Part shown: positions 1 through 13,214 of the stretch, piece by piece
Position numbering within the stretch: position 1 is the first letter of the stretch
How the letters are laid out: the number at the start of each line of letters is the position of its first letter
Assembly (NCBI GenBank): GCA_013239625.1
Contig: MU057353.1
Location: 5,637,967-5,701,966, forward strand
Reading direction: 5' to 3'
DNA: 64,000 nt
Source: Lama guanicoe
Taxonomy: Eukaryota
The notes under the pieces: model-generated
What the model was told of the DNA's origin: nothing
What the model saw: the letters and a program-made list of their open reading frames with translations, nothing else
Databases searched by the model: none
Position numbers and translations under genes: made by a program

Positions 1-84
1 ACCCAAAGAAGTGACGAAAGGATGACCCACCCACATAAATCCATCAAGTTGTTCTATAATCTGTGACAGTCATAAAATACAAGT

Positions 85-411
85 TGCCTATGTTTGTTTC
101 CCCACAAAATTAATGTGTTGAAACCCTACTTCTCAATGTGATATTAGGAGGTCAAATCTTCGGGAAGTAATTAAGATTAGATGACGTCAAAAAGGTGGAG
201 CTCTCGTAAATGGGATGCATGCAATTTTAAGAGGCATGAAAGTTCTGACCGCCTCTGCTCTGCTCTCCACCTTGTTAAGGATACAAGGAGAAGTTGGCTG
301 TCTGCCATGGTCTCGGAAATCCAGCCTCTAGAATTGTGAAAAATTAATTTGTTTTTTATAAGCTATCCAGCCTCTGGGGTCTTTGTTATGGTAGGGGAAT
401 GGACTAAGACA
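85..411 (+). mobile_element. MaLR solo LTR, MLT1A-like
   Basis: Starts ...atgtttgtttccccacaaaattaatgtgttgaaaccct and ends ccagcctctagaattgtgaaaaattaatttg...ttataagctatccag...gactaagaca, the typical MLT1A layout. Confidence 0.7.
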
Positions 412-829
412 TGCATCAATAGCTAGAATCCAGGGTGAAAGGGAAGGCATTTGATTCAAGGCAGGGGGCCCATCATGAAGCGCTGTGACTCCATATTCAG
501 GGCTTTGAATTTCACCCTCATGTTAGTGAAAAATGAAATTCAGAGAGTCTCTTAAATGACCAGCCTGGCCTGAAATGACTCCACATTATTTCTATAATCA
601 GGACACTGAGTGCCTTTAACAATTCTAGAATAAAACTGCTATGTCACAAGCTTAAGCAATGATGGGCATCTTTCCAGTGTACGTATCACTCTTTCGCCCC
701 TCACCCTCTTCAGCACGCTGGCTGAAAATGAACATGGAAAATTACAAACAACTACACTAGCAATTATATCTTGAAAGCTATGATCAATAATTTTAGACCG
801 GGCCTTAATGCTTTCAAGTAATCCTACTA

Positions 830-2160
830 TTCTTTTTTCAGACAGTTCTTTCTCCTACTTTTTAAGGCTACTATTCTAAACCTTTTCCCATTTCTGAACT
901 TCCAGCCCCTCCTCTCCAATTCTCACTCTCAGCCAATAATCCCAGCTCCTATTTCACCACAGATACAGAAGAATTAGAAAAGAATTTCCAAATGCTCTTA
1001 ACCATCCACATCTACCCACCTGCCCACATGTGGGCCTATACAGTCTGTGACAAATTGGAGACATCTTTCTAACAACTGTTCCCTATTTCTTCTACAGAAA
1101 CAATTTGCCTTAATGGAGAACTCTAATCAGCATTAAAAAGAAAAGACCATTTCTTCAATATAAAAATAAACTCTTTGCAAGCCCATTTTTTTTCTATCTA
1201 CAGCTCTAATCCTCTTCATTTATAGTAAAATAATTTATAATGTGTGCCGAATCCCTTCCCTCCTGTCATTTCTAGAACCCATTCGAATTGGGCATTTTCA
1301 TCCACTCACTCCAAGGATGATCTCAACCAATGTCCTGCTCTACCATCCCAAGCTTATGACTTCCAAATATATACCTCCAAAGCTCTCTCCTGATCTCTAG
1401 AAACATACAGCAAAACTGCATCTTTAACATCACTACCTGGATGTCTAACAGACCATTTAAACTTAATATACCCAAAACAAAAGCTCTTGTAGTCCCCTCA
1501 AATGCAGTTCTTTTGCAGTGTTTCTTATTTCAGATGATGATAAATCTTCAAGTTGCTCAGGCCAAAACATTTTTCGGCCCCCCCTTGACTCCATTCACTT
1601 TCTCACATCTCATCTTGTAGGTAATTTGTTGAATGTAACTTCAAAAATCTCTCTAGGATCCAAGCATTTATCACATCTGTAATGGGAACATACTAGTTCA
1701 CATCAACAAGTATCATTCCTTCCTTGGATTACTGCAATAGCCTCCAAATTGATTTCCTTGCCTCTGACCTTGAAGTCTTTCATTTTATACTTAACAGAAT
1801 AGCTAGAGTCATCTTATTAAATGTAAGGCAGAATATGTTATTTCTCAGTTCAAAATCCTAAAAAAAAAAAAAAAAAAGAGTGTGATTTCCCATTAAGTGA
1901 GAGGCCAGTCCTTACTAAATGTTACAAGAGCCGATAAGCCTCTATCTGCTTTCTCCAGCCTCATCCCCAATAACCCTTGCATCATCCCTCACTGTCTCCA
2001 TCCACAGCAGCCTTCCTACTATTCTTTCCTCACACTGAACACATTGAAGTGTCCTGGCACTTTCCATTCCGTCTCATATAATTTTCTTCCACCAGATACG
2101 GGCATGCCAATCTCCCTCACTTCACTCAATTCTGTGTTCAAAGGCCTCCTGCTCGGGTCA
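830..2160 (+). mobile_element. LINE-2 fragment, continued at 4330-4580
   Basis: Pyrimidine-rich L2 motifs: ctacctggatgtctaacagaccatttaaacttaat, cttggattactgcaatagcctcc, cagctagagtcatctt. Boundaries approximate. Confidence 0.6.
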
Positions 2161-2164
2161 GCTG

Positions 2165-4327
2165 CTTCCAGTTAGGATATAGCAATTTGTCAAAAGAAAA
2201 TGACTTTCAACCTAACAACTAAAACAAAGCCTGATAAGCTACAAAATCACAGTTCCAAAAAAGAAACCAAAGTAAGCAAGCGTATAAGCAAAATATCAGA
2301 AAGCTGGGGATGCAAGAAACCTAAATGAACTACCTTCCAGAATGAGAAAAGGCCTGTGTGGGAGAGAGGAGATCCACGTTTTCTGTGGTGGAGTGGGAGG
2401 GGAAGCATTTCCCATAAATTGTATAAAAAGAAACCAGCGAGAAGTTTGAAAACTTGCAATGCTTACACAGCGTCTGGAGTAAAGGATTAAAAGTTCAAGG
2501 AGCTCTCAAAACAGAACGAGATTCCATCCATCCTCCAAGTCTTTCTGCGACGTCTTCACTGAAGACTGGGTGCTTTCACCAAAGCCAGGTTAATGGCAGG
2601 AGAACGGAGAGAAACCCCTTCCAGACACTCTGCTCCTTCGTGAACTGTCAGTAAAGTCATTGCTCTCTGAAAACTGTTGGCCAGGCAGCGGGGGTAGAGA
2701 CATTCTAACCAAGGTGCAGAAAGGAGGAGCAGGAATTGACAGCAAAGAGGACTCTGCAGTTACCCTAAAAGCTGGGCAGCGAAAGATTTCCCACAGTCTG
2801 GGAAGCGCAAAGGGAGACAAACCATATTCATGGACAGGCAAATTCAACATGATTGAGATATTCTTTCTCCCTGAATAATTTAGAAATGCAAAGGACCTAG
2901 AACAGCCAAAATAATTTTGAAAAAAACCAAAAATTGAGGGATTACCTGATTTCAAGACTCACTACAAACTACAGTAATCAAGACATTGCAGTTCCAGTGT
3001 AAGGACACAAGTGCAGGTCAATGGAACAGAACAGGGGGTGAAGAAAGCGACTCACACGAGCAATGTGTGTTCAGTCGATGCACCAAGTCATTTTCAAGGG
3101 GAGAGGGAAATCTTTGAAGCAAATGGCACTGAAACAAATGGTTACCTGTATGGAAAAAAAGTAAGCCTTGACTTTACACCATATATAAACAGTCCTAAAC
3201 ATAAATCCCAGAATCACAAAGCTTCTAGAAGACAGCATAGGACACACTCCTGGCCTTCATGTAAGATTTCCTGACAAGTTAAAGGAGCATTAGCCACGGA
3301 AAATGTTTAGAGAAAATATGCTCCAAATTTACATTTTATATTCGATGAAGACAAAATTAATAGGCAAATTCTAGATTCATAAGTATTACAGATGTGTGTG
3401 TATCTGAAAAGCACTATTCAAAATATATAAAGAACTTCCAGAAATCACCAATAAAAAGTCAAAATACAATTTAAAAATGGCTGAATGATAAGCAGACACT
3501 TTTTTAAATAAATGGATGGACGATAAGCACATGGAAAGGCATTCAACTTCATTAATCATAAGGGAAACATAAATTAAACCGACAATGAACTGTCACTATA
3601 TACTCACTGACATGGCTGTAATAAAAATTACACACAGTCCCGAATATTTGTGAGGACGCAGAACTGGAACAGTCATGAATTGCAGGTGAGGGGTTAAAAA
3701 GCTAATTGTGGAAAACTATTTGGTAATTACTTGTCAAGTTATATTTATATATGCCCTATGATACAGCAATTTCAGGTGTAAGTATTTATCCAAGAGAAAT
3801 AAAAACATGTCTACAAAAAATATTTATTTACCATGAAGACAGTCTTATACATAAAAGCCTAAAAGAGAAACAATCCAAAGGCCATCAACAGGATAGTAAA
3901 GAAAAAGTTATGAAAAACTCATGTTGGAGGCTAATCCAGCCTCTATTAACTTTGGATACTTGTGTAACTTGGATGAATCTATTAGTATATCAAACAAAAG
4001 TGGCCAGGCAGACACACAGGCATGCACAACACACATATACACACTACACAAATAAACACTCTTCCATTTCAGTACTATGAAGTTAAGGAACAGCCAAACC
4101 TAAGCTCAACTGATAGAAATCAGAACAGCACCTGCCTATGGGGGTGGGGAGAGGGGCTTACTGGTACCAGACAAAAGAAACTTTATGGGGACATGGAAAT
4201 GTTCTCCACCTTGTCTTAGGCACTCGTAGCATGAGCAGATACCACTGTCAAACTTCACAGATGTCAAAACTTATCAATTAGGCATTTTATCATTTGTAAG
4301 TGAAATCTCCATTTGAAAGAAAAAAAA
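2165..4327 (+). mobile_element. Old L1 (L1MC/MD-like): 5' region joined to late ORF2 and 3'UTR, inserted into L2
   Basis: ORF2 motifs from ~2815 (aaatgcaaaggacctagaacagccaaaataattttg, gatttcaagactcactacaaactacagtaatcaagaca) and 3' motifs (tgccctatgatacagcaatt, tatttatccaagagaaataaaaacatgt); ends in an A-rich tail. Confidence 0.7.
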
Positions 4328-4329
4328 TC

Positions 4330-4580
4330 AACATTTGTTGATTTTTTTCCCCTTGAACAACCTATTAAAATTTGCATGTCAATCCTCCACATCCCCTTCC
4401 TCCACTTCTTTCCTTAGCCCTTAGCCCTTCCAGACATTTTACATCCTTCCTGCCTTGGAATGTTCACTCCATGAGGTGAGGAACCTTTTTCTGCTTTGTT
4501 CACTGATATATCTGCAGGCCTAGAACATTGTCTGACACATAGTAGGGGCTCAATAGATATTTGTTAAATAAATGGATGGA
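4330..4580 (+). mobile_element. LINE-2 3' end
   Basis: cctagaacattgtctgacacatagtaggggctcaatagatatttgttaaataaatggatgga is the canonical L2 terminus. Confidence 0.7.
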
Positions 4581-5349
4581 TTCAAAATTAACTGAAATTA
4601 GAATATATTCAGAACATTGTATCTGTAATGTTATTCCTATGTAACCAAAGAACAGGGGCACTTGGAGATGCCAAGGTAAAGGACTTAAGTGTTTTACCTT
4701 TTGCTGGCACATACAGAATGGGTGGGCTGCATTTTGTTTTTCTGATATAAATGACCAGGTTTTTTAAGCATCAATATCTCTAAATGGTGTAACTATTCAA
4801 CATTTTATCTGGCAGTGAACTTTGGTTGAAGGACATACATCAAAATTATGAGGTCAATTAGGAAAAATAAGTCAAACTAGCCCATGTTATATTGAATAAA
4901 CTAACAACTATAATTAACATTTAATTAGTCAAACAATGAGTCTGTACATGCCGATGTGAGATTTGCCTAAGGCCCCAGAAAAAACCAGTGATCAGCATTT
5001 ATGCCAACTGATAAGTCTGAATAAGAGAGGTGGGGGAGGGAGACCTAGGGATTCTTTCTTTTTAAGCATTTCCCATTGTTATGTAAACATAATAGGGCTC
5101 TGAGTCCATAGAGACAGAATAATTGCACATTTTTACATGGATACCAATTGGAAGTGGTTCAAGGTATCCCCAGTAGTATCCCTGGCAATAAATCACAAAC
5201 TTTACTTGTAAGAATCACCTGCAGTTCTGCCACTCAGGGTTTACCACTGTTAACATGATGATGCACTTCATGTCTTTTTGCATATGAATTTTAATAAAAA
5301 TATAAACATGCAAGTATCTGTACAATAATGATTATAGTTTATCAATCCA

Positions 5350-6003
5350 ATTTTTTTTCACTTAATTTAACTTAATCTTTTTTTCTTGTTCTTGTAATTT
5401 TGTCTTTTTATTTATCCCTTCATATTTGAAAGAAACATGCTGGGAGGTAGAATTTGTATACATGCAACTTCATGTTTAGCTTAGGATTCAAAATGGGTCA
5501 CAAACTCATATACAGTCCCCCTTTTTCTTCGCCATCTATGGAGTCAAACTCCTGGCAACATTGGATGGGATTTTTTTTTTTTTGAAATATGTTGGTTCTT
5601 CAAAGGGATCATGATGTGCTTCTTCTTAATCTCTTTTCTTGTGAGTAATAATGCTACTGATGATGTTACAAATCCAACCAATCAACATTGCCAATGATAC
5701 TGTATTAATACAAAGAAGAGGACCCCCATGGGTTGACCCTGTTTAAGAAAACCATCAGAACCACATTCCATATACACAGGAACAAAGGTCTTCAATAATA
5801 CTGGAATTGAAATGAAAAGTCCAATAGTGTCTGCTTTGCAGAGTAAATTTCTTCCTTCATATCAACAATATATACTTCTATCAGAGATTTCTGTATCACA
5901 GTATTTCTAGCAGAAACAATTAGGCTTCAAATTTCTCCTACACTACTTCTATCATAGATCTTGGCAAATGCAATACACAGTTCAGTGATTCAGCTGCCAT
6001 CTT
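5350..6003 (-). other. Unassigned segment: possible decayed retrocopy or ancient repeat
   Basis: The minus strand begins caagATGGCAGCT, is purine-rich and ends in an A-rich tract. All frames contain stops. No family recognised. Confidence 0.2.
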
Positions 6004-6768
6004 GAAATTTGTCAGTTCTTTGACCTCCTCTCATCAAATGATCTAGTCACCCACACAACCTTACTCACTCCCATGCACCCTGGACTTTGCCAAAACCAAC
6101 AACTACAATCTCTCTGTAATCTGTTTCACTCCACCATTTTATATCTTTCCGGGTTACTTCCTCTAGTACCTTGATTCCAACAAATTCCAGTTTCCACTTT
6201 TTCATGACTCTTGTGATGTCATTTCTGCGCTCCTAACCCAGCTCAGTTCATCCAGTCTTATGGTAAATCATAAAAATGACTTTCTCACATACTCCCCTGC
6301 CCCTTTCTTTACTCATCTTCTTATGGTAAAACTACAAAACTAGTTAAATTTCTCTTCCTACAAAAGTGCAGAAGGACACAATTTGAAAGTTATGCTGATT
6401 GGTCTCACTTTAAATTCATGCTCATTAATCTCAAGTGAGTCTTTAGTGCTGGTAAATAATTATAATACATTTACTACACCATCCTCTTCCAACTCTCTGA
6501 CACAACTATTTCATACTTTTTTTTTCCTCCTCAGAACTCCCAATGACTCCTCTCACATCTTTATAATCAACTGATGACTTTGCTTATTTATAACACTAAG
6601 AATGCTGAAGTGATCAAAAGAGAAATTCCAATAAAAACCAAAAAAGAAAAAGACATGAAAGTTTCTTCTTGTAAAAAAAAAAAAAAGAAAAGAATAAGAT
6701 ATTCTACAGGACCCCACCACTAAATCTACACACCTGCCTGCATCTATGTCTACATACTCTCTCATCAT

Positions 6769-6783
6769 AAAAACATCACCTCC
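6769..6783 (+). repeat. Left TSD of the ACTB retrocopy (right copy 8341-8355)
   Basis: AAAAACATCACCTCC (6769-6783) vs AAAAAAATCACCTCC (8341-8355), 14/15 identical; A-rich L1-endonuclease-type site. Confidence 0.9.
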
Positions 6784-8340
<1,557 letters not shown>

Positions 8341-8704
8341 AAAAAAATCACCTCCATTTCACCAACATTTTCTCTCAGCACTGTGCTCTTCCCTGATTCC
8401 CCTCAAATACATACATATAAATATATAAAAATTATATATATATAATATATATATATCCATCCATCCCAGAAAAGGTCTCCGTACCTATAGACCTCATCAA
8501 CATCTTGAGTATCTAACAAAAGTCTCAACATGTACAAAAGTAAACTTCTGATCTTCCTCTCAAACCTGCTCCAGCCAGCCTCCCTGATCTCACTCAGTTT
8601 ATAGCAATACTGTCCTGTTTTAGTTGCTGGAGCTAAAAAGCTCAGTGGCATTTTGATTTGCCTACTTTTCTCCCGCCTCATGTCCATTTGTTAGAGAATC
8701 CTAG

Positions 8705-9149
8705 TGTTATGGGTGGAATTGTATCCACCCCCGCTAAAAAGGTATGTTGAATTCTTCTCTAAGTACCTAAGAATGTGACCAAATAAGCAAACAGGGTCAC
8801 TGCAGATGTAGTTAGGAGTAGGGTTGGCCCCTAAGCCAATGTGACTGATATCCTAATACAAAGATGGCTACGTAAAGTCAGAGACATACAAAGAGGATGC
8901 CATGTGATGATGAAGGCTGAAACTGGAGTCACAGCTACAGGCCAAGGAAAGCCCAAGACTGTCGGCAAACCCCTAGCAGCCAAAAGGCAGCAAGGAAGGG
9001 TCCCCTGTATGTTTCAGAAGGAGTATGGCCTTGCTGGCACCTTGCTTTGGAACTCCTATCCTACAGAATGGTGAGACCATAAATTGTGTTGTTTTAAGCC
9101 CTAGATAACTCATTCATGTGGTGTGCTCCTACCAAATAAAACTAATATA
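8705..9149 (+). mobile_element. MaLR solo LTR, MLT1C/B-like
   Basis: tgttatgggtggaattgtatcc...gtacctaagaatgtgacc...agggtcactgcagatgtagtt...ccatgtgatgatgaaggc...ttgttttaagcc...aaactaatata. Confidence 0.75.
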
Positions 9150-9946
9150 CCTGTTATCCATATCTTCAAAATGCATCTATAATCACCATCACCTCCACCG
9201 CTCCATCCCTGTTCTAACGAGGCTTATATGAACTTGTTTAATGACAATACATTCCTGGAAACCTTGCATCTATGCAAGATCGGCCATTAAATTTTTTTTA
9301 AAGATTATCAATTTCAACACCAAATAATTATGGATTCCATGCCAGTCAGCAATATCTAAACATTTACCAGTGATAGAAAAAAATAAAAGTTGAACAATGA
9401 AAATCAAGTTCATATAAGCAATAAATACAAATTTCAATTCAGTGAGTTTATACATACATAGAGTGTAGTAAAGGTTTGCTATAGCTGCCAAGGGAAGAAG
9501 AAAGGACTCGAGTGGACAGTGGTTGGTGGAGCAGGAGAAAGACACTAATCCTTTGCAAAATGGTACTAAGTCAGATGATTGACTTCTAGGCAGTCATTTC
9601 TTATCTTATACTGAGTAGGGTGAGCTAATGTGAAAAAGAAGTCAATATGCTTTGTTTTCACCATCTTTTCAAGCATCTTTGTCACACATATTTTATTTAA
9701 TGCCTAAAGCTGTTCTTTCTCTTCTTCCTGCACTATTTTTTTCACCAAGTTTTCAACCATTTGGGAGTTCTTAGGACTCTGGCACTCAAATTGCATCAAA
9801 AAATAAAGTTAGAAAACAGAAAACACCTGAGGGCAAAATAAAGGTTCAACGTGAGAGCACTTTTAATTCCATGGAAAGAGTGGACTTGAAAGCAGTAAAA
9901 AATGTTTTTTTTTTATCTCATTCATGTGGTGTGCTCCTACCAAATA
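9109..9946 (+). repeat. Exact 30-bp dispersed direct repeat (9109-9138 and 9917-9946)
   Basis: CTCATTCATGTGGTGTGCTCCTACCAAATA is present at both positions. Confidence 0.95.
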
Positions 9947-10610
9947 TAATACTTTGGTTTATTCATATATGGTACATGACTCAAAAATGTTCCATATTTT
10001 CTGACTATAAACTGCTGTGTTGAGTAAATGAGTATCTTTGCCTAAAAATCTTATGGCAAAATACCATTTCTTAGAGTGTATTTATTTCATACATTTTTGG
10101 CAAAAAGTCACTATAGACCCACTTGACCCCACATCCCTGAAAAAAAAAAAAGCTCATCTGCAAAATATATATATATATATTTAAGGGTCGTTAGTGCAAA
10201 AGCCTGAACTGCTTAGGCCTTATGTGAGCCAAGTATGTTTTGTTCAATGTTACTTACATCACGTAACTCTAAATAGTATTTCTTTCCAACAAATCCATGC
10301 ATTATAACTCTACCCACTAAAGGTCTTCAGATACCTTAGGACTTTTCTATACCAATCAATAGATATTTCTTTCAACAAAGGGTACAGTTCCTTTTAGAGC
10401 AGAACTAAATTAGATCTGGGGTACTTCAAAACTTCTCTCACTTTGCTACCACCTTAAGAAAAAGTTCAGTCACACTCAGTATAGCAAAGATAGGAGGTAT
10501 CAAGACTTTGAATTGATTAGGCTGTACTTGCACAATAAAATGCATCAAGTCACTTGAGTGAGGGCACTATCTCTGGTCCCATACCCCACTGGACAACTCA
10601 TCCTTCTTGA

Positions 10611-10792
10611 CAGAATTGTCAGATTAGAAAATTAAAATACCAGATGTCCAGCTACACTTGAATTTCAGATAAATATCAAAGAATGGGACACATAATAATT
10701 GAATGCAATAGTTGGGATATACTTTTACTAAGAAAGTATGTTATTTACCTGAAATTCAACTTTAAGTATCCTGTATTTGATCTAGCAACCTT
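10611..10792. mobile_element. MER53-like palindromic hAT MITE
   Basis: cagaattgtcagat...ttgaatttcagataaata ... tatttacctgaaattcaa...cctgtatttgatctagcaacct, with self-complementary arms. Confidence 0.75.
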
Positions 10793-11330
10793 ATTACCAC
10801 ACAAGGCGTGTACTCAAGAATCAGATCCTAGCTCACTAGAGGCTGCCAAACCACCTCAATTATTGCTCACATCACTCCCAATCCCCATGGGGGACTGAAG
10901 CACGCAATCCCCCAAGCATCAGGGGTACTATATAAGTAAGCAATTTGCTTAATACACATGTACAGAAACTTGCAGATCACTTTCTAAGATCATTTACTAT
11001 CCTGGGGATAAAAAAAGCCCACTCCCCACGCTGGCAGAGCTCACCCTCCAAAGGAGGTAGGCATGTAAACAAATGCTTATAAAACACTGTGCTTAGAATA
11101 GCAGCATTAACAGATTCTGTGGAAGTATGGCAGGGAAAAAAAGTACATAACCAATTATTTCTGAACCCATAACTAAAATTTTCTGAGTGTATAAAAGTCT
11201 GTAATAAGAGAAACAGATGCTTACGACTTTTCTGTGAATGATATGCACATTTAATTGTTAAAGCACCTCTCTGGATCTGTAAAGGCTGGAATATTGCTGG
11301 AAAACACAGACCCTTGACTGAAGAAAATGA

Positions 11331-11551
11331 NNNNNNNNNNNNNNNNNNNNNNNNNNNNNNNNNNNNNNNNNNNNNNNNNNNNNNNNNNNNNNNNNNNNNN
11401 NNNNNNNNNNNNNNNNNNNNNNNNNNNNNNNNNNNNNNNNNNNNNNNNNNNNNNNNNNNNNNNNNNNNNNNNNNNNNNNNNNNNNNNNNNNNNNNNNNNN
11501 NNNNNNNNNNNNNNNNNNNNNNNNNNNNNNNNNNNNNNNNNNNNNNNNNNN
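11331..11551. other. Assembly gap (N run); others at 13630-13764, 30468-30617, 46026-46157 and 46172-46328
   Basis: Runs of n in the sequence; several fall inside repeats. Confidence 1.
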
Positions 11552-13214
11552 TGGGGATCATAAAATAAGATGGCTTTGTCTTTGGTCACAGCCTGTGTAA
11601 GTTTTACATACAGAAAAAAGAGAGAAGGTTGTAGACAATAGCTGGAGAGAAACAGAACAGCAGCTGCGGAGGAAGTCCCTCGAAATCATTTTTACTTCTC
11701 TTACAGGTTAGCTGGTAGTAAAAACCTTGAATTGATCAAGTCCCACTTAACACAGGAAAATCTAACATTTCTCTTAATAGTTTGAATTAGGTTTTCTATT
11801 TGGGTATTGGACAAATATAGATGAGCTAAGGCAATCTATAGACTACCACTGACCGAACGATCTCACAACGAAGTATGCTAAAATTACAGCAAAGTGCACA
11901 TTTAAGTTCCGTTGCCTTACTTTTTGTCTGTAGTTAACATAGAACAAGTTGAATAATTAATACTTGATATTCATCAAGTTTCTGTGATGAGTTGGGGATT
12001 TAGACTGCATCATTTGCATCAATCTTAGTTAACAGGGTCAAAAAAATGCTTTCTTATGAGTCATTCTACAAAAGCATTGCTATACTAACCCAGGTACGTA
12101 TGTCTTGTACACATGTTCTCGTTCTTCTGTGTATTTCTTCTAACAGAGGCACTCACGTCACAGGGGGTTTCAGTTTGTTTTGGAGGGGTCCTTGATATCA
12201 ATCTGGCCCCAACTCCCACCTGCAATGGAGGAAATATTCCTTTAGAGACACCAAGATGCTTGCGGACATTCTGACCCCAAGCTGCCAAGAAACATTCCAT
12301 AATTGTGCAACAGGTAAGAGTATCCCTTGAAGGGATGGCAATTTGATGAACTGCATACTCATTCCAATACACGTCAAGGTCCCCAAGGTCTAGCTATCTC
12401 TTTCTCCTTACTGAGACTCAGAAATCAAACCCCAATCTTGATGAGGCGCTCTCCATCAGACTTGCACTTGGGACCAGTGTGATTGTTAAGACTAAGTATA
12501 TCACCTGAATCCCAAATAAACACACATGTGGACAAAATGTTTTATTTGAAGAAACACTTGAGTGACTGCAAAACTGGTATGTATCTTTGTGGCCATGGAC
12601 TGACATTCTTTCTGGTACTTTACTTCTCTATAGACAGTATCTATTTTTCCCTTTCTGGGTAAGAATGAGGGAACATGTTCAAATATCTCAAATGCCCAGA
12701 AAATAATTTCAAATATTTAACTTCAGAGAAACAAGAGTACATTTAGTTTAAATCTTTAATGTTCAAGAAACGTATTAATGTATTGGATTCAATTCATTCA
12801 TTCAAGAAATGTTTATTTAATGCCTATGAATCTGCCAGGCATATATTAGCATCAAAACAGTAAATAAACTAGACAAAGCTTATTTGGTTAACATAGGCAA
12901 TATTAAACATTACAAACCACTGAACTGAAAGTCAGCATTCTAAAACACTGTTTTACTATAACAATCAAATATTTGGATGAGTGCAATTTATTAATGTATC
13001 TAAGTATTGAAAATATGCTTGGGATTGACCAAATGGTATAGAAGATACTATAGGTAATATTATTTTATATAAAAAATGTTAGACAATAGAAAAAGAAAAC
13101 CACTTGGGTTCTTTAGGAAAAGGGAAGATGGTTAGTTTTACTATACCATGCTGTTCGATGTGGTGTCTCTACTAGGATTCCTCCCTACACCCTCTTCACA
13201 ACTGGCTAATTACT

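Noticed and set aside
6618-6706. Tiny poly(A)-tailed insertion just upstream of the ACTB copy
   Set aside because: The putative TSD matches only 9/13 and the sequence is low-complexity A-rich, so it cannot be separated from slippage.
10977-11589. Long ORFs containing X runs (also near 13.4-13.8, 30.2-30.8 and 45.9-46.4 kb)
   Set aside because: Artefacts of translating through N gaps.
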